Assembly: GCA_030264375.1 (NCBI GenBank)
Contig: JASCQW010000072.1
Coordinates: 55,642,728 to 55,706,727, forward strand
Source of the DNA: Carcharhinus longimanus
Taxonomy: Eukaryota
Reading direction: 5' to 3'
DNA length: 64,000 nucleotides
Below the pieces are notes generated by a model. It did no database searches. It saw nothing but the letters and a program-made list of their open reading frames with translations, and was not told the DNA's origin. Every line of letters starts with the position of its first letter. Within the stretch, counting starts at the first letter, position 1. Below, piece by piece: positions 1-12,199 of the stretch. The translations under genes were made by a program, and so were the position numbers.

Positions 1-478
1 TGTCGATTGTTGGAAAAACCCATCTGATTCACTAATGGGCGGCACAGTGGCTAACACTGGTGCCTCACAGCGCCAGGGACCCGGGTTCAATTCCCAGCTT
101 GGGTCACTGTCTATGTGGAGATTGCACATTCTCCCTGTATCTGCATGGGTTTACTTTGGGTCCTCTCCGTCTCCTCCCATAGTCCAAAGATGTGCAGGTT
201 AGGTGAAATGGCCATGCTAAATTCTCCCTCACTTTACACAAACAGGCGCCCGAATGTGGCCATAGGGAATTTTCACAGTAACTTCATTGCAGTGTGAATG
301 TAAGCCTACTTGTGACTAATAAATAAATTTACAACTTATTTTAAAGTCCTTTAGGGAAGGAAACCTGTCATCCATACCTGATCTGGCTTACACGTGACTG
401 CAGACCCACACAGCCTGAAATGCATTTAGTTCCATAGCAGTAGGGATGGGCAATAAATGCTGGCCCAGGTCCCATAAA
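1..478 (+). mobile_element. tRNA-derived SINE 'family B' (GGGCAATAAATGCTGGCC tail), 3' part, split by a V-SINE at 38-331
   Basis: AAAAACCCATCTGATTCACTAATG...GTCCTTTAGGGAAGGAAA...GGGCAATAAATGCTGGCC; the same string is contiguous at 50723-50770. Confidence 0.85.
38..331 (+). mobile_element. HE1-like V-SINE with alternative 3' tail
   Basis: tRNA-like head GGGCGGCACAGTGG...GGGTTCAATTCC, central TCCCATAGTCCAAAGATGTGCAGGTTAGGTG, tail ending CTTGTGACTAATAAATAAA. Confidence 0.9.
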
Positions 479-1814
479 AGAAGAGAGAAAAAATGCCAAG
501 AGTTCTGGGTCTCCCGAACTTTGTTTGATTTATTCTGTTCTGTTGTTGGTTTTCCACAAATGGAATCTCTCTTAGCCACATCTTTATTTTGAGAAACCCT
601 TTTAAAAACAATGCCAATCAACCACTCTGACCCAGAAAGGAATGTTTAAACTTTACTGTCTCAATCATATAGGCAGGACATCTGTCTGGGAGATAGAAAA
701 TACTTTTTAAATTTTTAAACTTTTCTTAATCCAAATCTTTTTATTTCTCTCTGTACCTGATGTGGCACAAATTCATCGAATTTCCGTTGTTCCCTGTTTG
801 TTTCTCAATCCTTAAATTTTGTTGGTTAAAGAATACCATTGGATTCGTTACTTCCTAAGGTTCCAGTTGTCCCTTTTATTCTCACCCCACTGTTATCCAG
901 CTTGTTCATCTGCAATATAATGCTGCAAAGCATTTGAGGAAAGGCTGCAGGAAAGCGTTTGACTAACGGGCCACTGCATGAGGTGTAATATTTGTCGCAA
1001 TAAGGTTTGCAATAACGTTCAGATAAAACCTCTCCAATCAAAGAGAATCCTGCTACCTATCTTTACCTCAATTGCTGACATCCTAAGTAAAAATGCTTTG
1101 AAAGCAGTTCAGGGTGAGCCAACAAAATGCAATCATCAGGAAAGTAGCTTTGCACATCAGTGGATTTAGATCATGGACAATCTCTGCAGCTCTCCAGAAA
1201 TCTGCACAATTGGTCTCAGAAGAACCATATTCAAGACTTTCAATCTAGAGATGCAACTGCAGCAGCCTCAACCAGCAGGGTCACACCGGGTACAGTAACT
1301 TGAGATCTGTGATGCTTGCCAGGGAAAACGCTGACCATACCTTGCCACATAATGCTGCATTAAAGTAGAGCTGTCCAGAGCAAGGATCCCAGTCAATGTG
1401 CACAGATGCTTTTTGACAGATTTCTACGTGCCCAAGGACAAGGCACATTCATTTATCATAGAATTATCTGTAGTGAGGTGTGCATTGCTCACAGGGTCAA
1501 ACCCATCAAACATGTTTATTTGTTCCTTTCTGTCATCAGTAACTCAAACTTTCTCAAGGACTGATCTGAAGTAGGGATTGACGTATGCCACTTTAAACCT
1601 CAACTTTCGTTCCAGACACCGATCGTTATACTGATAGATGACCTCAGGAAATATTCTACTTACCTCATCTCATTTGGCTAGACAGATTCCATGGAGACCA
1701 TTGGGGCAGAATCTTTTTTTAATATATTGACTCCATCTCTTTAGAGTGCTCAATTTTCTTAAAGAACAAGCTAAAAACTTCAGCTGTGTTTAACCAAACC
1801 AGTTTATCTCTGAA

Positions 1815-2135
1815 GGAAAGAATGAACTTGCATTTCGGTCACAGCTTTTCTGGCCTCATGTCCAAAAGCACTTTGCAGCCAGTGCTGTCAATGGTCTAAT
1901 GCACGAAATGCAGCAGCCAATTTGCACACACCAAGCTCCCACAGTCAATGTGATTATCTGTTTTAAAGGTTAATTATAGGATAAATATTGGTCAGTACAT
2001 GGAAAAAGAGTTTTGTAAATGCTGTTATGGGATTACTCACATCCACCCAAGAGCCAGTCTTGGTTTAAAATCTCATCCAAATGATGGCACCTCCCTCAGT
2101 GATGCACTGAATATCAGCCAAGATGATGCGCTCAA
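1815..2135 (-). mobile_element. DeuSINE (SacSINE1/AmnSINE1-like)
   Basis: GCAGCCAATTTGCACACACCAAGCTCCCACA is the reverse complement of the Deu core; L2-like tail near 1820. Confidence 0.8.
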
Positions 2136-2192
2136 CCTAACTTAAACAATTATGCTTTTGTTTGAGATGCAATGGGGTCATGCTTTTTTTAA

Positions 2193-2366
2193 TGTATGCT
2201 GGATACCCCTTTAAAGAGAATGGGTCAGGTGACCTGGGGTGTGGAGTGAGTTGTTTGGGATCTATGTTTGGAGTGTGGAGCAAGTAGACTGAATAAAGAT
2301 CTGTGTTTCCTGGTGCCTAGTATCAGTCATTCTTGAGGAGATACCTTATAAATCAGAGATATAACA
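2193..2366 (+). repeat. Probable LTR of a Ty3/gypsy-type element
   Basis: TG...CCCCTTTAAAG...GTCAGGTGACC...AATAAA...GATATAACA; left boundary uncertain. Confidence 0.55.
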
Positions 2367-2539
2367 CGCATTGATATCAACGGGTGATGCTGCCACGCCG
2401 ACATTTAGTTAATTTTCACCAAAGACGTTGCTGCAAGATTTACAAAAAAAAGTCAAACATTTTTATCTGATGTTCCCGCCTGCTCCAGTGGCTCCAACAG
2501 ATGCAACACAAAGGCACATCATCACTTATCAACAACCAC

Positions 2540-3550
2540 TAGCATGGTCATAGGAGGGAACCCAATTCAGCTCGAAAAATGTTCACTAGAAATTTCAAAA
2601 CGGTTGGGGTAAATTGGACTTCTTTCACTCAGACACGTGTGGGAACATGGAAAGCAAACAAACAAGATCTCTTCATAAACCTGGGAGATCCCAAAATACT
2701 TCATACTGAAGTACTGTTGAAGTGCAGTCACCGTTACAATTTAAAGGAACGGCAGCTAGTTTGTGCACATTGTCCCACAAACTCTACACTGTTGACTGAG
2801 TGATAATTTGTGGATCCTCAAACTGCAACATAGGATTTATCAGGCTTTATCTAATAACTTTATGCAGTTACTCGATGGAAACTACTATCTGATTTTTGAA
2901 GACTAAAGCCCCATTCCATGGCTTAAAAATCACAAAGCTGGCTCAAAACCTTCGACATACCGAAACTACTGAAATGGAGACAACGTCTGCAAAACTTCAT
3001 TCCGAACAATTAACTCGAAGGGTATAAGGGTCATCATGTATCCCATAAGAAGAAGTATCAAGAAGGTAGTTTGGATACTCAGATGGAGACAGACCATGAC
3101 AACCAATCACTGGACAATAGGATCCTGGCTGTCAAAGGAATTTGTCAGACACCATCTAATCATGTCAGCCATGCACTTGGGAGTCCACAAGCATATGAAG
3201 TGACTGGTTAATTGGCGAGAAAGGGTCATGTGGCAAGCCAGCCAACCCTGTATTCAGGTATCTACTTTTCAAGGCAGAGCAACACAAGCAACTGAGATGG
3301 TGAAGTAGCAAATCCCCTGTGAGGGTCGCCTCTATCTGCCCATCTAACTTGCAAATTTTGAACCTTCCCTGCTCTTTTACTTCCCCTGTGGTGCAGGCAG
3401 AGATTTTACAGCGATCTCAGCCTGGCATCTGTAATTTAAAGAACATGGTCTGTAAATTGTCTAACTACACCTTAATTCGCCTCAACATCAAATTCGAAGG
3501 ATTATCAAGTTCAGATTGAAGCCAGCCAAGTCACCAACTTTCAGAAGCTG
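2540..3550 (+). pseudogene. Highly decayed gypsy-like gag remnant, interrupted by a Deu fragment at about 2690-2815
   Basis: GVNWTSFTQ near 2605; SHALGSPQAYEVTG*LARKGHVASQ at about 3167-3241 resembles the H....CPAYG..C..C.K.GH zinc-knuckle region; lies downstream of the LTR. Confidence 0.4.
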
Positions 3551-3874
3551 TAGGCCCTTTAACTTCACAGGACTTTAAAACTGTTTAATCTATCCTCCAA
3601 TTCAAACCTGCATGCGCACATCTCTCAGGTGGGTTTGTGCATGCACATCTCAGAGTGTGTGTGTGTACCAGTGTGTGAGAGAAAGTCAGAGCACAAACAG
3701 CTAAACACTCATTGGATTGGCAAGCACGTCCTTTTTAAAAACAAACTGTTATAGTCAAACAAAGAGTGTGGAAAGAGAGATGCCATTCAATGCCTCCCTC
3801 ACCTGGTCCTAACAGATCTTTGACATGCATCTGAGCAAGCATATTACACTTCAATTTCACATCTTTTCTGATAA

Positions 3875-4005
3875 ACAGCACTTCTGATAAAGGAAGCTTT
3901 TCACCACTGCATCAGACTATCATGCTAGATTGTAGGTTTAAATCTCTGGAGTGAAACTTGTACCCACAGCCTCCTGAATAAGAGATGAGAATGTTACTGC
4001 TGAAC
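3875..4005 (-). mobile_element. DeuSINE head fragment
   Basis: CTGGAGTGAAACTTGTACCCACAGCCTCCTGA...GAGAATGTTACTGCTGA resembles the reverse-complemented heads of other copies. Confidence 0.55.
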
Positions 4006-6934
4006 ATTCTAGAAGTCTTTACTATTATGCACAATTGAGATGGAAAGGGCGAAAACCTGCTTCCATTAATTAATGAATGACTTACAATCCAGCACAGAAT
4101 GAGGAGCTTTACTGAGAGAATGATGACAGAGGTCAGAAGACATTTTTTTATTACACATAGTTTGAATAGAACATAGAACTGTTAACCTTACACGGCGATT
4201 GATGTAGCATTTATTAACCACATTTAAAAATAAATGAGGACATATGTGAAATGGATAAAGTTCCAGGGCTTAGAGCCTGGACTGCTGTAGGTTCAGTTGT
4301 CATTAGTCGAGCAGTTACAAATAGGAATGTGCAAGGGCCAGAATGAGAGAAACACCAGAGGGATCAGGTTGGTTTGGGGTCGTGGGGAGGGAGCATGCAA
4401 TTTGGACAGGATGAGAGAGATAGAGGTGAGACAACGGAGGAGAACAAATACAATAATGTTAAAACTGAGGCCTTGGTGGACTGGACAAGTTAATCAGCAA
4501 CTATTTCAAGCAGCTTAAGTACAAAAATATAGTGCATAAGAAATCTTGATGGTCCCACATTCTTTTTGTTGGTGTGGGAGGCCTTGTCTTGCAACTTTAG
4601 CCAGAATGGTAAGATAATAGATTTTGTTTGGCTGTTTGGGGACAACGGTACATGTATAGCAGTATGGTTAAATAACTTGCAAATACTCAGGCCTGGGCTC
4701 CGGACTATAGAATGACCATATTTTTTAAAATTGGACAAGAATGCCCAAGGAATCAAGGGTAAGGGTTACTTGCCTTCTTTTAAATATTGTGATGTTTGAA
4801 GTATCCTCACATTATCATATAAATGGATCCTAACAGGCCAGTTTGAAGCACATTCAGAAAAGGTTGGCTGGGTTCATAACAGATCAAACCTGTGTGTTGT
4901 CCTTTAGAAAATTCTCACCATCGCTCAACTCTTTCCCCTGGTCGAAGCTTGGTTCCCTTCACTTCGCACACTAAAACATGCACGTGTTTGGCCGAGTTGC
5001 TAGCTCCACCTCTCAGCCTCGTCATTAGGGTAGGCACAGGCCCATGAAGAGGATGTGATAATGAGAGGCCAAATGATGGGCAAGATGTTACAGCTGGCTA
5101 TTTGACGATGGGGGAATGGATTATTCTTCCCACTTTGCTAAGGCTCTCCAGCTTTTATCAGTTTGATTCAGATACTCCTTTCCATTACTTGCATCTTGCT
5201 GCACATTCATCATTGACCAAAGGTGTTGTGCATAGTGGTGCAGTAAATTGAGTCCAACTCCCCTTGGTGTATAACATTCTAAAGCACATTTTAAAAGCTG
5301 AATAAAATTTTATTAGGCAGTTGACTCGTCACATTAGACACATCTTATAGCTGTAACCTTCGAATCCGTTAAAATGGAATGGCACCCTTGCTCACACTAT
5401 GTTAGTTCATTAATATGGCTGAAAGTGGGAGTAATTGTGCAAATTGTAGAGACAGAGTCAGGGGTGAACAAGATGTACATCAGGTATAGAATAGGATAAA
5501 ATGGATAAGATACGGTGGTGTCAGAAACAAAATAAAATGGGGAGATAGGATTGGGAAGGGGATGGATACGAATGACTGTTTTCTAATATTATTAGGTCTA
5601 TATGACCAGGATGGGTTTTTGAGCAGAATCAGACATTTGGCATTTAGTACATGGTATTAAGACACATCTCAACACTTCAATCTCACATCACAGTGGCCAG
5701 ATAACAGGTGGCTATATCAGCCCTTTCATTACCTTCAATCTTGCCTCTACATTAGCTTATTAATTCAACACTCCCAGATTCATACTGCAGAATGACAAGA
5801 AATAACTACCTTATCTACTTACTACAGAAAATAATAAACAGATTGATGTGCCTGAGAATATCTGAATTATCCCAGGCTGCTTTTGCTGCTATTTTATTGA
5901 TAGCATCTGTCAGATACCTTTACAAACTTTACAATTCTAATCACAGAACTAATAGAATGAAAGCAATAGAAGTGATTTTTGCAGATAGAATTGATTTAAT
6001 TATTCCAAATTCTTAACCTCTAGCAGAGAGCAAGTAGAATACAGGAGGAAGAGAAGGGACTGAGTGACTGAACCTCCAGATGAAACAATGAGATATTACA
6101 GTGGGAGGGAGCATGTTAGGATTTGTCTATCATTGACTAGAATTTTACAGTCCCGCCACAAGACTGGAAAATCCTGCCCATTGAATTTATTAGCCTCTTT
6201 TAGATAGAAGATACAGGAGAATAATATTTGACAGTTGTCACCTTGAGATGACTGTACAAACATCCAGTTCCCTTATCCAAGTGGGAAGGTTAGAGATCCA
6301 GGACTAAACCTGTGCTGGGGTAAGGCTGCCAGATTTTAATCGATCATGGATCTGTCACACAGGCTCCGGTCTGCTGAAATCCAAACTCAACAAAGAGCCA
6401 TGCAACAAACTTTCACTGGCTTGTCAGTCAGCTGAGCAGGGGAGAACAGCAATTATACGCTTGGAAATTAATTTACATATACATACATTATAAATTGATT
6501 ACAAAACAAATTCTACCCTATAATTCCAAAACCACAAGTCCTGTCTTGATAAAATTTAGAAATTATAAATCATCACACATTGAAAGGGAGAAAATACTAA
6601 TGAATTATGCTAATTAGGCTCATTTACATATGCAGATAAGACTGCCGGCACTTTAGATCTCCTTCAATGTTATGGCAATCTTGTTGGAAACAACTATTAC
6701 AGAATTGTTATATAGTTCCTTGCACTGTTAGTGGGAGCAGAAAAAATGCAACTTGAAGAAAAATGTGTAATTATGGTGTTCTGTTCTGCCATATATATAA
6801 TAAAGCTGCTGAAATGGCAAACTGACATAATACAGTATATGGGAGATTTTCACAGTAACTTCATTAATGTGTGAATATACGTCTGCTTGTGAATAATAAA
6901 CTGAACTTAAATAAACTACTTCCATATCAATGTA

Positions 6935-7298
6935 TCAGCCATGGCTCAGATGAATCAGGAGGCTTTGGATTTAAACCTAACTTCAGCAAATTTGAGCACA
7001 AAAAATCAAGGCCAACACTCCAGCGCAGCATTGACAGTGTAGCATTCCCTCAGAGGTGCATCTTTCAGGTGATATGTTAAACTAGGGCTCCATGACTGAG
7101 CTAAACGCAAAAAAATCCTGTGGCGTTATCTGAAAGAAAAACAGGCAAATCATCTATCTCTCAATCAACATCCCAAAAACAGATTATCCAGTTATTATCG
7201 CATTGTTGTTTATGGGAGCTTGCTGTGCACAAATGGGCTGCTCTGTTTCCTACAGCAGTTACACTTCAAAAAATATTTAATTGCTTGTAAAGCTGAGA
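6935..7298 (+). mobile_element. DeuSINE, tail cut by an LTR insertion
   Basis: CAGATTATCCAGTTATTATCGCATTGTTGTTTATGGGAGCTTGCTGTGCACAAATGGGCTGC...ACACTTCAAAA. Confidence 0.85.
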
Positions 7299-7556
7299 TG
7301 TTACGCCCTTGTTCCTCAACTGAAATCTATCAGTCATACACAAGGATTGGTGAATCGATGTGTTCTTCATTTGAAGAGTAGACCATATGCAGATAGATTT
7401 CTTAAGAGGCTCAGCATATAGTTCATCTGAGCTCTGCCCAGCTGTTTGCTGTCTGCCTAATAGGACTAATCCATCACATCCTGTTTAGATGTGTAGTAAC
7501 TGGCAGTAGTTAAAAGATATGTTCCCTTAAAGATACATGCACATCATATCATAACA
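7299..7556 (-). repeat. 3' LTR of a gypsy-like element
   Basis: Inverted termini TGTTA...TAACA; purine tract GAACAAAAGGGAGA (minus strand, 7557-7570) directly precedes the TG. Confidence 0.7.
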
Positions 7557-7569
7557 TCTCCTTTTGTTC

Positions 7570-8290
7570 TTTTAAAGAATCAACTATTGACGAGAGCAAA
7601 AGAAAACAACATTGTATCTACATGTACCTTAACACAGAGCAATAAACTTAAAAATTCCTGAAATATATTGATGGTTTGCTTATGTGTCCAGCTTTCATTA
7701 TGGTGATTAGTCTGCTGAATAATAATTTTGTGTTGGTTCGGCAATATGGAGTTTGCGAGTTCAGAATGGGTTTATTTATTCAGTTCAGTGTTTTGTAGGT
7801 TGCTGGCTGATGATCTGAATTGCAGAGAACGTGATCTTATCCCAGTGTAAGCTCGGACTTTCCGATGGCGCTCCTTTTCGTGATCTGTTTTCCGTATCAT
7901 CGTCTTTGTGATACCAGGGATAGTGACCAAGGAACAGGTCCTTGCACATTGGTAGGTTACACTGGACCTGTGGTCTCCACATTATTAAAATATCTGTGGT
8001 TACCAGATGAGCTGTTGCAGTGACATTGGAGTGTAATAGTTCCAAGGAACAGAAACTCAGGGCTAATTTATTTGAGTCTGACCGTTGTTGGTTGAATCAT
8101 AGGTTGGCCATTTCCGTACATAGTGTACGAACTGGAAGGATATATGCACCTGAACTGGTATCTACTTTTTCCACATAGGCTATACTGACCTTGCATCTGT
8201 GACAATAATATCTGGAAGGTGGCAACGGTCTATGTTGGTACCACTGTGCCAATACAGGTTTTGGCAGGAAAATGGTTGCAGACTACAAAA
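7570..8290 (-). pseudogene. Decayed internal region, probably gypsy integrase C-terminus
   Basis: Lies upstream of the PPT/LTR; weak resemblance to SPA....G..RT.LP and PRSY.V.T motifs; many stops. Confidence 0.4.
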
Positions 8291-9289
8291 GTAAAAACAG
8301 CTTTTTAAAAAGATATTTACAGACTTCTTCTAGTTGTACATAAAATGGGGGGTGGGGATGAGTTGAATTTATCCACATAACAATGCCTGCCTTTCAAAAT
8401 TCTACTGTTGTGACACAGCAGCTTTTCAAGCTCCACAAGGGGAGTGGGCAATAAATACTGGCCTAGCCAGCAATGCTCACATTCCATGAATAGGGAAAAA
8501 AAAACCACTGCTGTATTTCAGCCCAAATACACATTTTGCTGTTCCATCCCCAACTCCAATCTGAAGCCTATCCGAAAATGCTCTTTTCTGGTTAACATAT
8601 TCCAATTTGGTCTATCTGATGAGTGAGAGATCTTCCCTGTGCAAGTTAACAGCCTCCTACTTAACAGCTGCTAGTTAGCCACTTGGAGCCCTGCCAGAGA
8701 GGCAATCCAAGATGAAAATTCTCTCGGCACATTACAATCTGCATTTCCCATATTTCCTTTATCTTTTTGACTCTGGGCATTGAACTCCAAGGTACCAGGT
8801 CTGCTTTCTTGGAAAGGATTGTGTTCCTATTCCATAGTGTTAGCACTGCAGCCATCTCTTACAATAAATCCTCGCTGCATCATTTTAAAAATAACTCTGA
8901 TAGCATGCGTATTATTTATGACTTTTCAGTAATAGAGAGGCCATATAAAAAGGTACAAAGTGCCTCTGCATTACCACTATCTCTGATATTACACAAGCTG
9001 CTTACATTCCCTCTCATCAGTGATTAAAATCCAATTAAAACAGTTTGTCATGAATACATCTTTCACTGCAGCATTCTCAGAAGTATCACAACCTCTCAAA
9101 CAACACAAGTCGTTTAAATGTTGAAGATCACGCAAGTCTGATTAAATATTGTCGCTGCAAGAGTTCTTGTAGTTTTGCCTTTTCCTTTCTGTCTCTCTGA
9201 CCCTCTCCTGCTACGAGCTCAGTGAGAGGTGGTTGACTATTCCACCAGGGTGGGGGCTGGGCTCTCAGTCTGTCCACACCCGATTTCCA

Positions 9290-9615
9290 CAAATTTGATT
9301 ATTTTTCAGCTTTGTTTTCAAATCCTTCCGAGACCCCTCCCCTCCCAACCTCCGTAGAGTCCGCCAGCCTGGCGACCATCAGAAATATCTCCTCCAGTGC
9401 TGGCCTCCTGAGCAGCCAGGTTGGTGATACCGACCCCTGGAATTCCCTCCTTAAATCTCTACGTCTTTAAGATGTTCCTGAAAACCTTTCCTTTGCCCCA
9501 ATTTCTGGTCATCTGATCTAATATCTCACACCCTGCAGCCCCAAGTAAAATTTTGCCTGACAACGGGAGTACCTTGGGGACGTCTTACCTTATTAAAAGC
9601 ACTATGCAAATACCA
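9290..9615 (+). mobile_element. L2-like LINE 3' fragment
   Basis: TTGTTTTCAAATCCTTCC...CCTGGAATTCCCTCCTTAAATCTCT...AAAAGCACTATGCAAAT. Confidence 0.7.
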
Positions 9616-10699
9616 GCAATTTCTGGAAATACCACTCAAGACCAGTTGGGAGCACCAATCCAGCATAATTTTCCCTTGCATTGTCCGTAGGTTCTCAGGC
9701 TAATTATAGTGCCACAGCCAAGATCAGAAAACTCAGCACAAGTTGGCTATCAAAGTCTGGAACATTGTATTTGGTGCCTTATCCATGATTTGGGGGGGCG
9801 CTCTAGACTCAATATTTTTGGCTGCTTTTTTTTTAATATTCTACATGAATACCGTTTTGATGTTGGGCTCACCACAAGTCCCATTGAGAGACTATAATAA
9901 GTTGGTTGCTGAGATCAAATCCCTTCCCTTGGGCTGCTCCAAGAAACAAAGTTCTCACAAGTATTAATTTTTCCACAGTAATTGATGTGTTCCATCTCAA
10001 AAAACATCATACAAATTTTTTTTTGGATTTAAAAAACCAAACTGTGAATAAATCAAGTCATAGATTAGCTACAACTCAAACTCAAGAGGAGGCCATTCAG
10101 TCCTTCTGTCTACATCCAACCAGCAAAACAGATTTCACAATCGCCTCTTAAAAATTAACCGCCACCATTTCAAGTGAATCATTAAACTGAAAAATTGATA
10201 ACTGAACATGTTGTGTGGTTGGAAGACAGGTTTGCTAATTAAGTTCCAAGGTTAGTCAAGTCGGAAAATATTAGTTTTGACAGTGTGGATGCTTCCGTGC
10301 ATATTACCACAGAATTTTTATTTTATGGTGTGCACTAATTGAGAAGAAATATAAGCCTTTAATGAAGTGAAGAGGGGAGAGAAATGTTCCGGTGGGGACA
10401 AGCAGCATCAATATAATACTGAGTCATACAGAATAGATGGCACCAGGTTTGGTTCCTGGTCGTGCAGAACTTACTGGTCCCAGGCAGAGCAAGAAAAGTG
10501 ACATTACAGCTCCATGTTCTCCTGTGTTAACTGGAAGGGTCAGCCAATTCCCAGAATGTGCACTTCTGACCAAAAGTAACATTTGCTGATCATCCCTGGT
10601 AAATTATCACAAAAGTGTAGAAGACAATCAAAAGGACATTGATCAGCAACGGTTTGGGCAGATCGGTCACTGCAGAGAAATAAGGTGCAAAATATTTCA

Positions 10700-10900
10700 A
10701 AATCATTCGGTAAAGGAAGAAGATGCTTCAAGTGAAAAGAGGTGGCACAGGTTAAGATGATCATAAAAAGATTTAGGAGGATAAATAAAAATTCACACAA
10801 AGGGTGATTTAAATTGTGGAATTCTCTGCTACAAGCTATTGTAAGAAAATCGACTCAAATAAAAGGGATGGTGAAGGATGTTGGGGGAAAAAAAAGTGAG
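10700..10900 (+). mobile_element. CR1-like LINE 3' fragment
   Basis: CACAGGTTAAGATGAT...TTTAGGAGG...AGGGTGATT...TGGAATTCTCTGC (RVV..WNSLP). Confidence 0.55.
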
Positions 10901-10919
10901 CTGAAGTCTGAAATTAGCT

Positions 10920-11125
10920 CGTCAGACAAAATTCTGTTGGTAGCACTCCCAGAGTCAGAAGGTTGAAGGTTCAAATCCCATTGAGGGAGTACCACACTGT
11001 CAGGTGTCATGTCTCAAATAAGACATCAAATTGAGCTCCTGCCTACTCTCAGGTAGACATTATTTTCAGGTGTTTAAAGATAATTAGATTTATCCATTGC
11101 ATCATGGTCTATATTATTTCCTTAA
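10920..11125 (+). mobile_element. DeuSINE 5' fragment
   Basis: GGTAGCACTC..AGAGTCAGAAGGTTGAAGGTTCAAATCCCA..TGAGGGAGT. Confidence 0.65.
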
Positions 11126-11287
11126 GCGACACAGACACAGACACTGACACCTCTAAGACTTTTTGGTTTGCAGCAATGCAGTCTTCTGGTGGGTTTTCAA
11201 ACTACAAGCAGTTCTCAGCTTTGTTGAGAGGAGTTTCAAAGAGAGGGCAACATTAAGATTGTTGCCCCTACAGTCCCTGTGGCAATC

Positions 11288-11512
11288 TGTTTCTCCAAAA
11301 AGAAGCTGTGGTAGAAGAATCCATCCAGATTGATCTTTTGTTTTCAAGGCAGTTTGTTGTAAGAAACTTCCTCAGTTCTACTAACCTATAAGAGACTCTT
11401 TCCTCAAAGCATTCCAGCTATCTCTGTTTATAGGACAATCAATGTCACATGTTCAATTAGCAATTTCCCTAACAAGATAGTTTCCCCCCCATTGATTAAT
11501 AACACACTGACA
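11288..11512 (-). repeat. Copia 3' LTR
   Basis: TG...CA termini; homologous to 15987-16179 (64/81 identical at 11305-11385; 32/33 at 11421-11453); TATAAA on the minus strand at 11427-11432. Confidence 0.9.
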
Positions 11513-11515
11513 GAT

Positions 11516-11530
11516 TCCCCTCTTTCTTCT
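11516..11530 (-). promoter_or_regulatory. Polypurine tract (PPT)
   Basis: Minus strand AGAAGAAAGAGGGGA lies 3 nt upstream of the LTR TG. Confidence 0.85.
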
Positions 11531-11739
11531 AAATTAAAGATTTGAAAGAAAAATTAAAAATTAAAGAACATTCTTTTGGATCTAAACAGAAATAAAGGAT
11601 CTCACATTTCCACATCAATAAATCCTGTTATGCATTTATCAAATATAAATAAGCCATTATAAAAACAGAAATTAGTTTTTCATTTCATCAATATAACACA
11701 AAGCTGCCCCTCTTCTAATGCATTTAGTAATTTCCTAGA

Positions 11740-12170
11740 GCAGTTCGATAACTTGTAACTAGTATCAACTCATTGTAATTTGGAGATTTCCCTTCTCTCC
11801 AACATTTGGTTTATGCCGGCTCGGCCCTTTCTGCACTTTCTCCATTTGTTATCCCACAGTAATCCATTGTCTATATTATAATCTTTGGATAAACTTTTCC
11901 CACATTCCCCCTTATATAAAATTTCTGACGATATATTGGACAAGTAAACCCCCATATCCAGTGCTTTTACCAATGTCGATGTTTCGTAGCTAATGTGCTT
12001 TTTACAATTGGCTTCCCAAGCCAATAGGCAACATTTCTCTTTTTTTCCCCCCCCACAAACAGTATGATAAACAACCCTGCTGTGCTACAGCATCCATCTG
12101 GGAAATTGGCATGTGAAATATTACAACCAACCAACCTCATATCTTCTGGTTCACCCAAGGTTCAGAACAA
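11740..12170 (-). pseudogene. Copia RNase H remnant
   Basis: MRLVGCNISHANFPDG (SDASHANL-type), AWEA...ETSTLVKALDMGVYLS...IDN.LLWDN...QMLERREI. Confidence 0.85.
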
Positions 12171-12199
12171 ACCTCTCTGAATGCAACTTTTAAATGTTT

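Noticed and set aside
38-110. tRNA genes at SINE heads
   Set aside because: A/B-box-like heads continue into SINE bodies and do not form a full cloverleaf.
1657-1712. Minus-strand exon ending at GAG|GTAAGT
   Set aside because: All three frames contain stops, and there is no pyrimidine-rich acceptor.
3625-3685. (TG)n/(GA)n stretch
   Set aside because: Short degenerate microsatellite; unremarkable.
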